A stretch of DNA of 64,000 nucleotides from the human T2T-CHM13v2.0 reference genome, Homo sapiens. Numbering within the stretch: the stretch's first letter is position 1; each line of letters opens with the position of its first letter. The notes under the pieces were generated by a model, which made no database searches, was not told the origin of the DNA, and saw only the letters and a list, made by a program, of their open reading frames with translations. Of this stretch, positions 27,562 to 41,287 are shown one piece after another. Where the stretch lies: the NCBI RefSeq assembly GCF_009914755.1, contig NC_060947.1. One strand, written 5' to 3'. The translations under genes were made by a program, and so were the position numbers.

Positions 27562-29204
27562 TCAAATGTACATTTTCTTACTCAGGGCCCAGCTACCCAC
27601 CGGAACATAAGTACCAGGGATAAACCCCTTAGGGGCTCAACTTCACTCCCAGTGTTCAATCACAATTATTTTTAACCAAGAGATATTGTCACTAATGCCT
27701 CTGGATTCACGTTGCTGCCTTGCAACCATAGGGTGCCCAAAGGAAGGACTCTTCCAGTGGCAACCACGTGACATTGTGATCTCAACAACAAAGGTCGACA
27801 ACAAAGTCTAAAGAAAGGGTTGCGTAGTGCGACCGAGAGACCCAGCTCCAAACAAGACTTTGTTCTGACTTGCTCTATGCCTGTCCAAGTTTGTGAAGAT
27901 ATGGTTATATGATTGAAAAATTGCAATGCATCCCATGTAAAGGGTAAAACTGTCTTCCTGAAATCTCAAGAACATCAAGTGAAAATCTCTGAGAACTCAG
28001 AAGATCGTTCAGCAAATCAAACAGAAAAAAGGCAAATATGAGCACTCTGTGAGCAATGCGAATTTAAAAATACCCCTTCACAACAGAAAGAAGGTAGACA
28101 ATTTAGCAATAAGCCAATGCAGATTTGTCCAGAACATGAATGAAGAAAATATTGAAAGTGTCAGGAAGTTTTAAAACCAGAGACTGAACAATGCACACGG
28201 GCCCTTCTAGTCCCTGGCATGAATCCACTGCATCAGGTAGCGATTGCTCTCAAATTAAACGCTGGATTTGGAATCGTTATATTTAAAACAACTACTGAAC
28301 CAAACAATATTAAAGCACAGGTACAACAATAAATTAGTGAGAAAATGTATGAAATTACCCACCACAAACTGTGGTGTAAAATGGCGGTATTGCAAAGGTT
28401 ATCAGGGAGACTTAGTTATTGACACAGACCAAGGGATGAGAACCAACAACTCATATTACACTCGGCAAATGGGCCAGTCTTGGCAGAATATTAATCCTTG
28501 CATCTCACCAAAATTCTCCAAAAAATCCACTTTTCTGAAAAAACAATAAAAAAAAATCGTCTGCACAGAATCAGGATTTAGACTTTAAAATATGAAGCAT
28601 AAGAACCTCCCTGGAGGTACATCCAATGGGACCTCCTCAGCAATGAGAGCAAGTTGTAGAGCAAAATCAGAGCATGCCCCACATGTGGACTAAGGAAGAA
28701 GTCCAGCCCTGCCCACCTGAGATCCTAGCTGCCTCAGGTCAGGAGTGAGAGAGGCTGCCTAAGGCCAGATGGGCCTTAAAGCTGGTTTTGTAGGGGGTAG
28801 CCTTGGATGATTGACCCAGAGAACACCACTCGATTCTGGCTTGCACATCTTGGCAGCAAGCGATACATTCGAAAGCAAAATGCCAGTAGAAATACCGAGC
28901 ACAGTAACTAACTCATGTACGTGTTTCTACTGAGTCCCAGAATTTCTCTAACTTTCAAATGCTCTTGTCTCTCAAAATCAGACAATACCTGCTCTCTGAG
29001 TAATAGTAACAATTTACCAAGAATTGTGTAGAACCCTTATAAATATACCTGTAAAACATTGTTGAGGGATATAACCAAAACTTGCATCAAAGGATATATC
29101 TACATATATGTATGGCAAGATCTTATACTGTAAAATAATGGTTTTTATCTCACCAGCAGTTTTCGAAAACTGCATTAAAAATCCCAGAGCCGTGACACTT
29201 TGGG

Positions 29205-29352
29205 GCACTGCTGGCCAAGATAGATTTCTGTAATGACAGGAATGTTTTATATGCATGCTACTCATATTGCAGCCACTAGCCACTTTTGCCTATTGTGCGC
29301 TTGAGATGGGAAGTAAGATTGTATTTAATTTAAAATAAACTATCAATAGTCA
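29205..29352. mobile_element. MER3-like hAT fragment interrupted by LTR12
   Basis: tttctgtaatgacaggaatgtttta...gcagccactagccac; resumes as gtcacacctgg after 30750. Confidence 0.65.
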
Positions 29353-30750
29353 TGTGTCCAGAATTGGTGGGTTCTTGGTCTCACTGACTTCAAGAATGAA
29401 GCCGCGTACCTTCGAGGCGAATGTTACACTTCTTAAAGGCGGCGTGTCCGGAGTTTGTTCCTTCTGATGTTCGGATGTGTTTGGAGTTTCTTCCTTCTGG
29501 TGGGTTCGTGGTATCACTGGCTCAGGAGTGAAGCTGCAGACCTTCGCTGTGAGTGTTACAGCTCTTAAGACTGCGCCTCTGGAATTGCCTCTGGAGTTGC
29601 TCGTTCCTCCTGGTGGGTTTGTGGTCTGGCTGGCTTCAGGAGCAAAGCTGCAGACTTTCACAGTGAGTGTTACAGCTCATAAAGGCAGTGTGGACCCAAA
29701 GCGTGAGCAGTAGCAAGATTTACTGCAAAGAGCAAAAGAAAAAAAAGCTCCCACAGCATAGAAGTGGACGCTATCAGATTGCCACTGCTGGCTCCAGCAG
29801 CCTGTTTTTATTCTCTTATCTGGCCCCACCCACATCCTGCTGATTGGTCCATTTTACAGAGAGCCGATTGGTCTGTTTTACAGAGAGCTGATTGGTCCAT
29901 TTTGACAGGGTGCTGATTGGTGCATTTACAATCTCTGAGCTAGACACAAAAGTTCTCCATGTCCCCACTAGATTAGCTAGATACAGAGTGTCGATTGGTG
30001 CACTCACAAACCCTGAGCTAGACACAGAGTGCTGGTTGGTGCATTTACAAACCTTGAGCTAGATACAGAGTGCCGATTGGTGCATTCACAATCCCTTAGC
30101 TAGACATAAAGGTTCTCCAAGTCCCCACTAGACTCAGGAGCCCAGCTGGCTTCACCCAGTGGATCCGCACCGGGCCACAGGTGGAGCTGCCTGTCAGTTC
30201 CGTGCCGTTCGCCCGCACTCCTCAGCCCTTGGGTGGTTGATGGGACTGGGCGCCATGGAGCAGGGGGCAGCGCTCGTCGGGGAGGCTCAGACTGCGCAGG
30301 AGCCCAAGGTAGGGTGGGGTGGCGGGCGGGGGGGCACTCAGGCATGGCAGGGTGCAGGTCCCAAGCCCTGCCCCGTTGGGAGGCAGCTAAGGCCTGGCGA
30401 GAAATCGAGCACAGCAGCTGCTGGCCCAGATGCTAAGCCCCTCACTGCCCGGGGCCTGCGGGCCCGCCGGCCGCTGCGAGTGCAGGACCCGCCGAGCCCA
30501 CGCCCACCCGGAACACGCACTGGCTCGCAAGCGCCGCGCGCATCCCGGGTTCCCGTCGGCGCCTCTCCCTCCACACCTCCCCGCAAGCTGAGGGAGCCAG
30601 CTCGGGCCTTGGCCAGCCTAGAAAGTGGCTCCCACAGTGCAGCGGCAGGCTGAAGGGCTCCTCAAGTGTGGCCTGAGTGGGCGCCAAGGCCGAGGAGGCG
30701 CCTAGAGGGAGCGAGGGCTGCAAGGGCTGCTAGCACGCTGTCACCTCTCA
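29353..30750 (-). mobile_element. LTR12C-type (ERV9) solo LTR
   Basis: Reverse complement begins TGAGAGGTGACAGCGTGCT and ends GAACCCACCAATTCTGGACACA; 4-bp TSD GTCA at 29349-52 and 30751-54; CpG-rich U3 with tandem CCAAT repeats. Confidence 0.95.
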
Positions 30751-31389
30751 GTCACACCTGGTAAGTTCAACTTTAGGCAATCCATTCATGAAATAAAATT
30801 AAAGACTAATGAGGTATTTCTCATACTAGATACTAAAATGGAAAAACTACCAAATTAAAACTGTAAGGTCTTTTAGCTCAAGAATGAACAGAGTTGAAAC
30901 AAGTATTATACTAAGGTCAAATGCTTTTGGGAAAATTAGATGTTTGTGAAAAAATTAAACTGTTAAATCAGCACTTCACAATTTACACTCAATAAATTTT
31001 ATATGAGTTAAGAGGTTGAATTTTAAAATGTACAAGATAAATCTATTGATCTGGAAAGATTTCCATTTTAAGTGAAAAAGAAAGTTTAAAATGCATAGCA
31101 TGCTGGCTGTTTTAAGGAAACATTTGTTAAAGGTTACCCATGTTTTGGTATAAACAGAGGGGCCTCTCAGCCTGAGTTGACTGTTGGGGTATGCAGCATA
31201 TTTGGAGGAGTTGGTGGGGGTGTGGGGTGGTTAGGCAGTGTGGGGTGAATATGGACATATTTAAGTGGCTTTGTATCTATTTATCTGATGAGTTTTAGTG
31301 TGGTCTCGGGACTTCCAATAATGGATGTCTTAAGAGTAGGTTGGAGGGGAGTAGGGACTCCCTAAATCCTCAGCCTTCCTTGAAATATA

Positions 31390-31721
31390 GTAATGCCGCA
31401 TTTAACAACAGGGATACATTCTGAGAGTTCTGTCCTTGGGCGATTTTATCATCATGCAAACATCAGAGAGGATACTTGCAGGATAGATGGTACAACCTGC
31501 TACATTCCTAGGCTGTATGGTATAGCCTATTACTCCTGGGCTATAGCATGTTACTGTACTGAATACTGTAGGCAACTGTAATACAATGAGAAATGTTTGT
31601 GTATCTAAACATATATAAACACAGGAAAGGTAGAGTAAAAATATAGCATTATAGACTTACGGGACCACCGTGTTACATGTGGTTTGTAGTTGGCCGAAAT
31701 GTCCTTATGTGGCACATAACT
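31390..31721. mobile_element. Tigger3-family DNA transposon
   Basis: gggatacattctgaga...ctaggctgtatggtatagcctatt...gttactgtactgaatactgtaggcaactgtaa. Confidence 0.8.
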
Positions 31722-33765
31722 ATCTTTGCTCTCTTCCTCCAGTAATTTGAGCACATGTAATTTCTCTAATCAAAATAATTTTATTCTAAAACTGCAGAAA
31801 AATGTGTCTTTTATTTGCTTTACTACTCTTCCCTCTCCAACTTTAATTTTTCACATATTCAAGAGGAAAATGATATTTTCTAGTGAGAACAATTGCAATT
31901 GTGAAGATTTATTGAGTATTTTGTCCAGGTCAGGCACTGCACCGTGACCACATGAGGATCTTCTCCTCAAATCTTCACAACAGGCCCATGCAGCAGATGG
32001 AATAATTACACCACCTCCCTTATCAAGTAGTCACATAGGTCAAGATTGATTCCACTTGAAAATACTTTGATAAACTGCAAATAAACCAGCATGTTAAGGG
32101 GTTATGTTACAAAGACATGATGCTAATTCTAATTCTAATCACATCCCCTGATAACATATTGCTTTGCTATCTAAAGTACAAACATTTTCCACTATGTGAC
32201 TGCAAGGGACTTCTCTAATTGCTGTGGTTTGAGCCTCTTGCAAGCACTACTGGCATTCTCTATAATCAAAAGATTTCCAAGGTATTTTGCCTTTCATATG
32301 GAGAGGGAGTTACCCAAAAAACAATGCTCCCTGACTCGTGATACACGGCCATGTGTATGCAGCGTGTATGAGGATGTGGTAGGTGCTTTTTGAAATCTTT
32401 TTTATTATTAAATGTATAATAGTCACCTGATTTTCATGATGCTATGCAAATGCATAAAGAATATTTTTATCTAACTAGAAATTGTAAATAATAAATTAAC
32501 AATTATGAAAACTACTAAGTTGAATCAAATGGGTAGAAATAAATTAGATATATAGAAACAAGTCATTAATGAAAGGAGAAAATTAAACGCACAGGAGTAA
32601 ACATATCAAGAATTATTCTAAACCTATAAGGAGAAATAACAAACATTTCCTAATGCGTATGGAAAGCAGACTCCAATGAAAAGATACATACTCACATTAC
32701 TCAGGCAGAACATCTGATACTTGTAATGAGATTTGTTTGCAGAATTTAATGTATGTTTTATGGTAATTGCATTTTTAAAATCTTCACTGAGGTGCTTTAT
32801 TTTTTCCTGAATTTGACAAAGTGATGTTAGGTTCATCCAGAAATATATCTGGGTATATATTTTGAAAAAATCATAGAAAGTAAAACTAATAAAGGATATT
32901 TACCACACCAGGCGCTAATTGGCATTTTATGGTCAGAATAATTAGCCCAGTGTGGTCCGGGCTCACACACTGACAGTCAGGTCCACCGAACCGTGTTAAT
33001 GAAGGAAATGCTGGGGAGGTGTCACAGCACAGTGTCACTTTACACACCATGTAACCAGATGATACCGTAGAATAACTTAAACAATTTCATTTAGAAATTT
33101 ATGAAACCACTAACACTTCGACACGTATTTCTACAAAGCAGCTCTAAGTTAGGAAAGAATGTTTCTCTTCAGTGTTCAAAGTACAAAAGCATTTAAGCAA
33201 GAGTTGCAGCCAAGCCCTACGAGATGGAGATCTGTGTGCAGTTATCTCTGCCCCCCTGGAGGATGGCACAGCCCTAGGTGATTGATTATGCAAGGGCTTC
33301 CTCATCTCATCTTCCCAGCAAGCCTTTGATGCTGATGTAATTATTACAACTAATTCACTGAGGTACAGCACAGATCAAATGAGGAAACCAGGAAACCGTA
33401 ATGTCATTACACAAGGTTAAGGATGGTTATCATTTTAACGCCATGCTGATGATAACTACACTTCCCATTTGGAATCTCCAGAACTATGAGGATGGGGGCT
33501 GTGAGTCAACCTGCTAACTAGCTGGGTTTAACCCTTGTGGTTATATTGCCAAGCAGTCTACCAAAACTATCCCAAGAGTGTGGCTTCCATGTGGCTGCCA
33601 GCACAAACCTGGGCAGCAAAGTCATATCTAACCACTTACCTGAACCGTGTACAGATGCCATCACAGAGTTAAACAATCAAGTCACTGTCCAGGAAGGAAA
33701 GGTCCCCAAAGCAAGAAGCCTCCTTATTGTAAATGGCGATGTCTAGCACTTAAAGAAGATGATGT

Positions 33766-34379
33766 CCCCGTCCGGGAGGTGGGGGGCGCCTCTGCCCGGC
33801 TGCCCTGTCTGGGAAGTGAGGAGCCCCTCTGCCCGGCCGCCACCCCGTCTGGGAGGTGTACCCAACAGCTCATTGAGAACGGGCCATGATGACGATGGCG
33901 GTTTTGTCGAATAGAAAAGGGGGAAATGTGGGGAAAAGAAAGAGAGATCAGATTGTTACTGTGTCTGTGTAGAAAGAAGTAGACATAGGAGACTCCATTT
34001 TGTTCTGTACTAAGAAAAATTCTTCTGCCTTGGGATGCTGTTAATCTATAGCCTTACCCCCAACCCCGTGCTTTCTGAAACATGTGCTGTGTCCACTAAG
34101 GGTTAAATGGATTAAGGGCGGTGCAAGATGTGCTTTGTTAAACAGATGCTTGAAGGCAGCATGCTCCTTAAGAGTCATCACCACTCCCTAATCTCAAGTA
34201 CCCAGGGACACAAACACTGCGGAAGGCGGCAGGGCCCTCTGCCGAGGAAAACCAGAGACCTTTGTTCACATGTTTATCTGCTGACCTTCCCTCCACTATT
34301 GTCCTATGACCCTGCCAAATCCCCCTTTCCGAGAAACACCCAAGAATGATCAATAAATACTAAAAAATTTAAAAAAAAA
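33766..34379 (+). mobile_element. 5'-truncated SVA (old, SVA_A/B-like): end of VNTR, SINE-R, poly-A
   Basis: VNTR units ccccgtccgggaggt, HERV-K-derived SINE-R, aataaa plus A-tail; 14-bp TSD AAAGAAGATGA(T/C)GT at 33752-65 and 34380-93. Confidence 0.96.
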
Positions 34380-36197
34380 AAAGAAGATGACGTGGTTTTA
34401 AAGTTGCACTGTGTCAAATATACAGACGCTCTTGTAAGGCAGGTGTGGTGGTATCACGATTATCCCCATTTTACAGACGAAGAAATGGGGGTTCAGAGGT
34501 AAGACAATCAGTTTAAATCTAGATCACCTTGATTGATTCCAGGGCCTTACAACTTACCCATACGCTGCACTGATTTCCCACTGGAGCCGAGCAGTAGGGA
34601 AGCACAGGGGCACACAGCTTGACAACTGTATATTCTCAATTGGGAGGTCAAGCAGGAGCCAAGACCTTATGAAATTGATGGGTAATTGCTCACGCTTGGA
34701 GCAGCCACTGAGGCTCCTCCTGCCATGCCATTCTCTTCAATCAGCTGAGAACAGATGAAATCACAAGTGAGTCATGAGAGACAGAAGCAAAACATTTTCA
34801 AATAACACTGACCTGAGCAAAGCCTCTGTAAACTTCTCTTCCAAAGTCACCTTCCTGAAGTATACTAGGGAGAAAAGAAATGGGTTAGGAGATTGTCAAG
34901 CCAAACCTCACCAGGATTTCCTCTAGCAAATTGCCTTTCCTTCAGATCAGCTAAGTCTTCACCGTCACATTGGCTCTCCATACTCTGTAGGTTGGAAGCG
35001 CACTCTACACAGCGTCTGCTGTCATCAAGTATTGTTCTATTTAATTCAAGTAGAACCGTGTGTGCAGTCCAGGACACAGGGGATAAAAGAGAGAGGCTTT
35101 CAGGGAACATGTCGATCATCATATTTAAGAAGAAATTACATTGCGGCATATGGAATTTAAATATCAACAAAACAGAGGGGAATCTCAAGGTTTGCTGGAA
35201 GTGGTGAGGAAACCATGAATTTGAAATGATGGAGTCTGTTCATCTTACAACAACACATAATGAGCACCAACTATATGCTAAGAATTTTGGCCAGGATCTT
35301 CTGTATCTATTATCTCTCATAATTCTATTCATCATCTTGAGAAGCTAGTACCCAGGGCCACACCTTTTAGATGAAGTGTCACAGAGATTATTAAATGGCC
35401 GAATGTGACTCGCCAAAGGAGTGAGGTGGCTGGAATTCAAATTAATTGGGTCTGGCTCCAGAATCTGAAATCGTTCCTTTGCACATTAGTTGTTTGGGTG
35501 ACATGTTTATCTGATTTGTGAAAAGAAATCAATTCTGATTTTATGAATGCCACTTCCTCTCCTTTCATATGTTTTGGCTATAGTGGCATGTTGTTTATAA
35601 GTGGAGGACTGACTTTACTTTCAGGCATAAGCATTAAGCTTTCAAAAGTGAGTTTAATCCCATAGGTCTGTAAGCAGTCTTTAAACAGACTTCTCAAGTT
35701 AAATAAAGTATGACAGATGGCAACATACTGTGAGCAGAATATAATAATGATGTAAATAAAAAAATACAAAAAATGGCATTTGTTTCACAAAATGAAAGCC
35801 CATTATGAAGGTTACTCTTTTGAATTTTTGGATTCACATAAAAAAAGAGATAGAATCCAAAATTATCTCAACGGCAAAAATGACAGAGTAGTAAATTTAG
35901 CAAGGTGAAAATTAATGTAGCTGAATGTGAACCCAAGATCTAGACTAAAATGAAATAAAACAAGCACAAGCACTGCCTATGTTTAGGATTAAAGAGATTT
36001 CACTAACCAATAGTTTTGTTTGTTTTGTTTTTTTCTAAAAAGGGGGTTTGCTGTTTTCTGCAAGCTCAGAATGAGTCAACAGTGTGATAAAGTTGCTGAA
36101 TAGTGATTATGATTTTAGATTATATCAGAAGAAGGATGCTACGTAAAATGATAGTCTCTGTTCTGTGAGGAACAGGCTTTCCCTAATATTCTTAGTT

Positions 36198-36797
<600 letters not shown>

Positions 36798-37148
36798 TGA
36801 CTTGATTCTTAATGCCACATTTTTTGGCATGCTAGCTTACATCTAGAGGTGAATGGTCAGGATGGTAAAGAGTCTAGAAGCTTTGGAAATGAAAGAACTG
36901 AGGTTGTTTAGAAGATAAATGACTTAGTAGATTAAATACTAATGATGTCCTCAACTATTAGAAAGGGATATCATATGGAAAAGAACTGTGTGGTTCAAAA
37001 GGGACTAACTAGGACTTTAGCTCACTTGGTAAAAGTTATAAGAAAGTAGATTTTGGTCTGATAGTCAAATAAACTCTACACCAGTTAGAACAGTCCAAGA
37101 TAATCCTCATGAGATAATGACTTCTAAATCTCTAGAGGTCAGATAAAC

Positions 37149-37880
37149 CAGGGGTCCCCAACCCCTGGGCCACGTACTAGTACTGGTCTGTGACGTGTTA
37201 GGAACTGGGCCGTATAGCAGGAGGTGAGCAGTAGGCCAGCTAAGCTTCATCTGTATTCACAGCTTCTCCCCATCACTGGCATTACCACCTGAGCTCCACC
37301 TCCTGTCAGATCAGTGGCAGCAGTAGATTCTCATAGGAGCACGAACCCTATTGTGAGCTACGCATCCACGGGATCCAGGTTGCGGGGTCCCTATGAGAAT
37401 CTAACACCTGACGATCTGTCACTGTTTACATTATGAGGGATAATCCCCATTCATCTCAGAAGATAGTGCTCAGACACCTACTGGGCATGACAGATAGAAA
37501 TGCCGAGACTCAGAAACAGAAATTTCATGTGAAATTTTCCAAGCCTGACCTTCTACCTGAAGAAGCAATCCCATGTTGGTAAGTGGTTTATCTCAGCTGT
37601 CCCCAAACTTTTTGGCCTCAGGGACAGGTTTCATGGACTTGGGTGGGACTTGCCCCAAGATGAGACTGTCTAGTTGCAGGAAAACAAGCTCAGGGATCCC
37701 ACCGATTCTACATTATGGGGAGTTGTATAAATATTCCATTATATATTACAATGTAATAATAATAGAAATAAAGTGTACAATAAATATAATGTGCTTGAAT
37801 TACCCGAAAACCACCCGCTGCCCCCAACCACCCAAGTCCATGAAACGTGTCCCTGAGGCCAAAAAGTCTGGGGAGAGCTG
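37149..37880 (+). mobile_element. MER1A (hAT-Charlie) with an internal inverted insertion
   Basis: caggggtccccaaccc ... ggggagagctg termini; 8-bp TSD AGATAAAC at 37141-48 and 37881-88. Confidence 0.92.
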
Positions 37881-38049
37881 AGATAAACCACTTATCAACA
37901 TGGGATTGCTTCTTCAGATAGAAGGTCAGGCTTGGAAAATTTCACATGAAATTTCTGTTTCTGAGTCTCGGTATTTCTATCTCTCATGCCCAGTAGGTGT
38001 CTGAGCACTGTCTTCTGTGATGTATGGGAGTGATCCCTCATAATGTAAA
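37425..38049. repeat. Inverted repeat with ~222-bp arms (37425-37646 and 37828-38049) and a ~180-bp spacer
   Basis: For example ctcagaaacagaaatttcatgtgaaattttccaagcctgaccttcta versus tagaaggtcaggcttggaaaatttcacatgaaatttctgtttctgag. Confidence 0.97.
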
Positions 38050-39485
38050 ATTTGCATAACTACATGGAAAATGAAACACAAAAGAAGAGAGGGTGGCCTA
38101 AAGGGAGAACTGGAATCATTTGAACAATTCTGTCTTAAGAAGTACGTATCGTCTTGAACTAGGGATGGTAAGACAGCCAGATAATTATAAAGAATTGCAC
38201 GCCCTATTTTACAAAGCACAGAAGAGTGCATTAGGTTTGGCTTTTTCTAGGCAAAAAGGAGGCACCATGAACCCATAAAGATGATGAGAAATGTAGACAA
38301 TTCTACATGCCTGGAAAAAGTGGTTACGGCTGCAAAGTGGAATCAATGAGTAAGGACTGGAGCCAAGTATTTGGAAAGCTAGCAAAGGAAAGCAGAGAGG
38401 ATTCCTCAGAAGCTGAAGCTGACTCTGGAAGAAAAGAGAATAGAGAAATGAATACATGTGATTTTGCAACATGAAATACTGTGAACTGGAGTTGATGAAT
38501 GGTCCAGGTGCTGAGGCCCAAATTTGGAGTGACTTTTTGGCAGAGTAAACACTATGACAGATGGTGTTTGCTTGAAAAGGCATGAGAGGAAGGATAATGG
38601 CCATTTACTTCAGTATATGAGGAATAGAGAAAAGGAATCCAAAGTATCTGAGAAAAGTTCAAGGTAAATAATTATTTAATGGAAATTTACCATGTTTAGG
38701 GAAGCCACCAAAATCTATCTAATACAGTATGGACCCATGGGTGCCCACAGAAATCAGTGACACACATTGAATTCTGGGAATGGAATCTAGTTTTACTTAG
38801 GTGGCTTTCAAAACCTTTTCGGGTATGCCAGAATAACCTGTTTAAACAAAGTTTCCTGTCCCAAAAGATGGAAGCATTTTCTGGAACTGTTAAAACAACC
38901 CTTGTTACTTGTTCATGCAGTGTCAAATAAAAAGGAAGAGGAAGGAGGAGGAGGGAAGGAAATATTCTTGTACTGAGCCCCACTGTAAGTCAGGCAGTAT
39001 GCTAGACATGTTCACACATATAAACTCATGTAATCCTCATATTAATAATATGACATAAGTATCATCATCTATACACAGAAACAGGCCCACTGTGGGAAAG
39101 TGGCTTGCCTAAGATTACACAGATAGTAAAAGAAAGAAAGCAAGGTTTTAAATCGAGGCCTCTATGAGAAACTTGTAGAATGGTTGATTGGAAATAATTC
39201 ATAAACAGGAAAAATAATTATTGGTGGAAATGCAGTAGAGAGTAACGGTCACAAAAATCCATTGTCATATAAACAGAAAGCAAGCAAGTAAGTTAAAAAC
39301 CACATAATAAAGAAAAGATGAAGAAAAACTGGTAGTGCATCCGAGGCTACTTCCCAGAGCCTGAGCCATCATCAGAGACTGGTCATAAATGGACAATATT
39401 AAACACAAACCGTTCTGGGAATAATACAAGTTGGCTGCCATATCACTCAGCAACTCACCTACTTTTTCCTTTCAGCTCTTAATAA

Positions 39486-39487
<2 letters not shown>

Positions 39488-39517
<30 letters not shown>
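39488..39517 (+). repeat. (CAG)7(CAA)3 trinucleotide repeat
   Basis: Directly visible. Confidence 0.9.
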
Positions 39518-41287
39518 AAGAGCACAAGGTACTGACAAAGGGGAAACATCTGAAAGTGGAAGCTGGGAAAATGCCCAAGAAAGAAAACAAAAAATAGCGA
39601 TACATTCAAGGAGTCAGATCAGAAAAAGCCAAAGTAGGAAGTGAAATGCAGCTTTGAAAGATACAAAGGGACAGAAAAAAAATCAATAAAGAGACCCATG
39701 GGAAAAAAAATACGTTTTCCTGGAGTGGCTGGAGAAGAAAGCTGTGCAAGTTGGTACACACATGTCTGAGTATAGGCACTAGAGCTTTTAAAAAAGGTCT
39801 GGATGCTTTAGGAAGTAACTTGCCGTAATATTCTGACAAATACAGTTATTAAGTAATACAGATCCCCAATTACTTCTGCCAGGAAATAGCAGTGATGCAT
39901 AAAGGGAATAAAAGCTGCTATTTGGCTAAGAGAGGCCAGAGCTGGTTTCATTGACACAGGGACGTGGAGATCACCATGTAATTCTCTTCCTTTCAGAAAT
40001 GGAAACTAAGACTCAGAGAGCTTCAATTATGCCATTGCCTCCTGTGAAGGAGTGTTCAAGATAGCAGAAATCTGTGAGTAATGGGAAGAGGGAGACTCTC
40101 CTATGGAGACTGTGGCAGAGTGAGATTTAAAATATCTCAATCTAAAGACTCCTGGGGCAAAGCCCTCAGACCATCAGTCTGCAGAGAGAGACATTTTTTT
40201 TTTTCTTAAGGCATCACAAAAACAACAAAGAAAATAAGATAAGTGCTTCAACTGAGTTTTTCTAAGTGAGTAAAGAATGAGAAAACCTCAAAACAGCACA
40301 GAAAAAAGTTGTAAATGCAGTTGGTCTAGTCATCAGTGTAAAAGCATAGATAGACAAGTTCTTCTGTATGTGTTAATATCATCTTGACTGCACTGCATGT
40401 CATTATATTTTATGATTTATTTGAAGGATTGTTTTTTAACTTGCTATACTGATTTTCTGAGACCTGACCTGAACAAGGGAGTGGGAACACTGGTGAACAA
40501 AAGCAGAAAAAGATAAAGGCAAGTTAGAACTGCAAAGTAAAATGCATATAATTCCAATTTCCTATGTGCTGATCAAAAAAATTCTGATGAAATACCACTG
40601 TACTAGCTTGGGTAAGGTGTGGTCAGGGTAAATTGAACTGTGAATTACTCCTTGCAGAGGGGAAAGTGTTTGCTAAGAAGGGACGTGCTTGTGTTAAACT
40701 GCATGCCACCTGCTTCTTCTGACAAAGATCGCAAGCTACGAAACCAGCATGAAAGCTCCTGTGGTTTGTCAGTCTTTCTGGAGAACATTATAATGAAACT
40801 TTAACTTTCTGCTATCAATTTTGGCAATTAAAGTGAACATTACTGTGTGGCCTGACATTCTAGATGTTTCTGCTTTCTGATTGACTAACCACAAAGACTA
40901 GAGCAGCCCAGCAGGCAGGATCCCCTGAGTTCAAGCTAACCACCAGTGATTTCTCAATTAAGAGTACAAATTGGTCAAAATCATGCTGAGCCTGACTTAA
41001 CAAGAATAGGAAGCCAAGAATTCTTCAAATGGAAGAATTGGCCAAAGCACTGAAATTTCAGACCCTTTGCCTTGGGGCCAAAGGTCATTTCCTGACAAAA
41101 GGCAATGCCTGAAAGTAGGCAGCATCAAAATTGGCATATAATGCATAGGGATGTTCATTCCTGGTCTTCACAACTGTGCAAGGCATTACAGAAAAGGGAA
41201 CTTCAGTACTCCTTTGCCTTCTACAGCCTTGGTTCTGCATCACTTTGCCTATTTTTAATCAACATAACTTACAACTGCTTGTGCTGA

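Noticed and set aside
30159-30653. 164-aa ORF and apparent CpG island
   Set aside because: Lies inside the GC-rich U3 of LTR12C.
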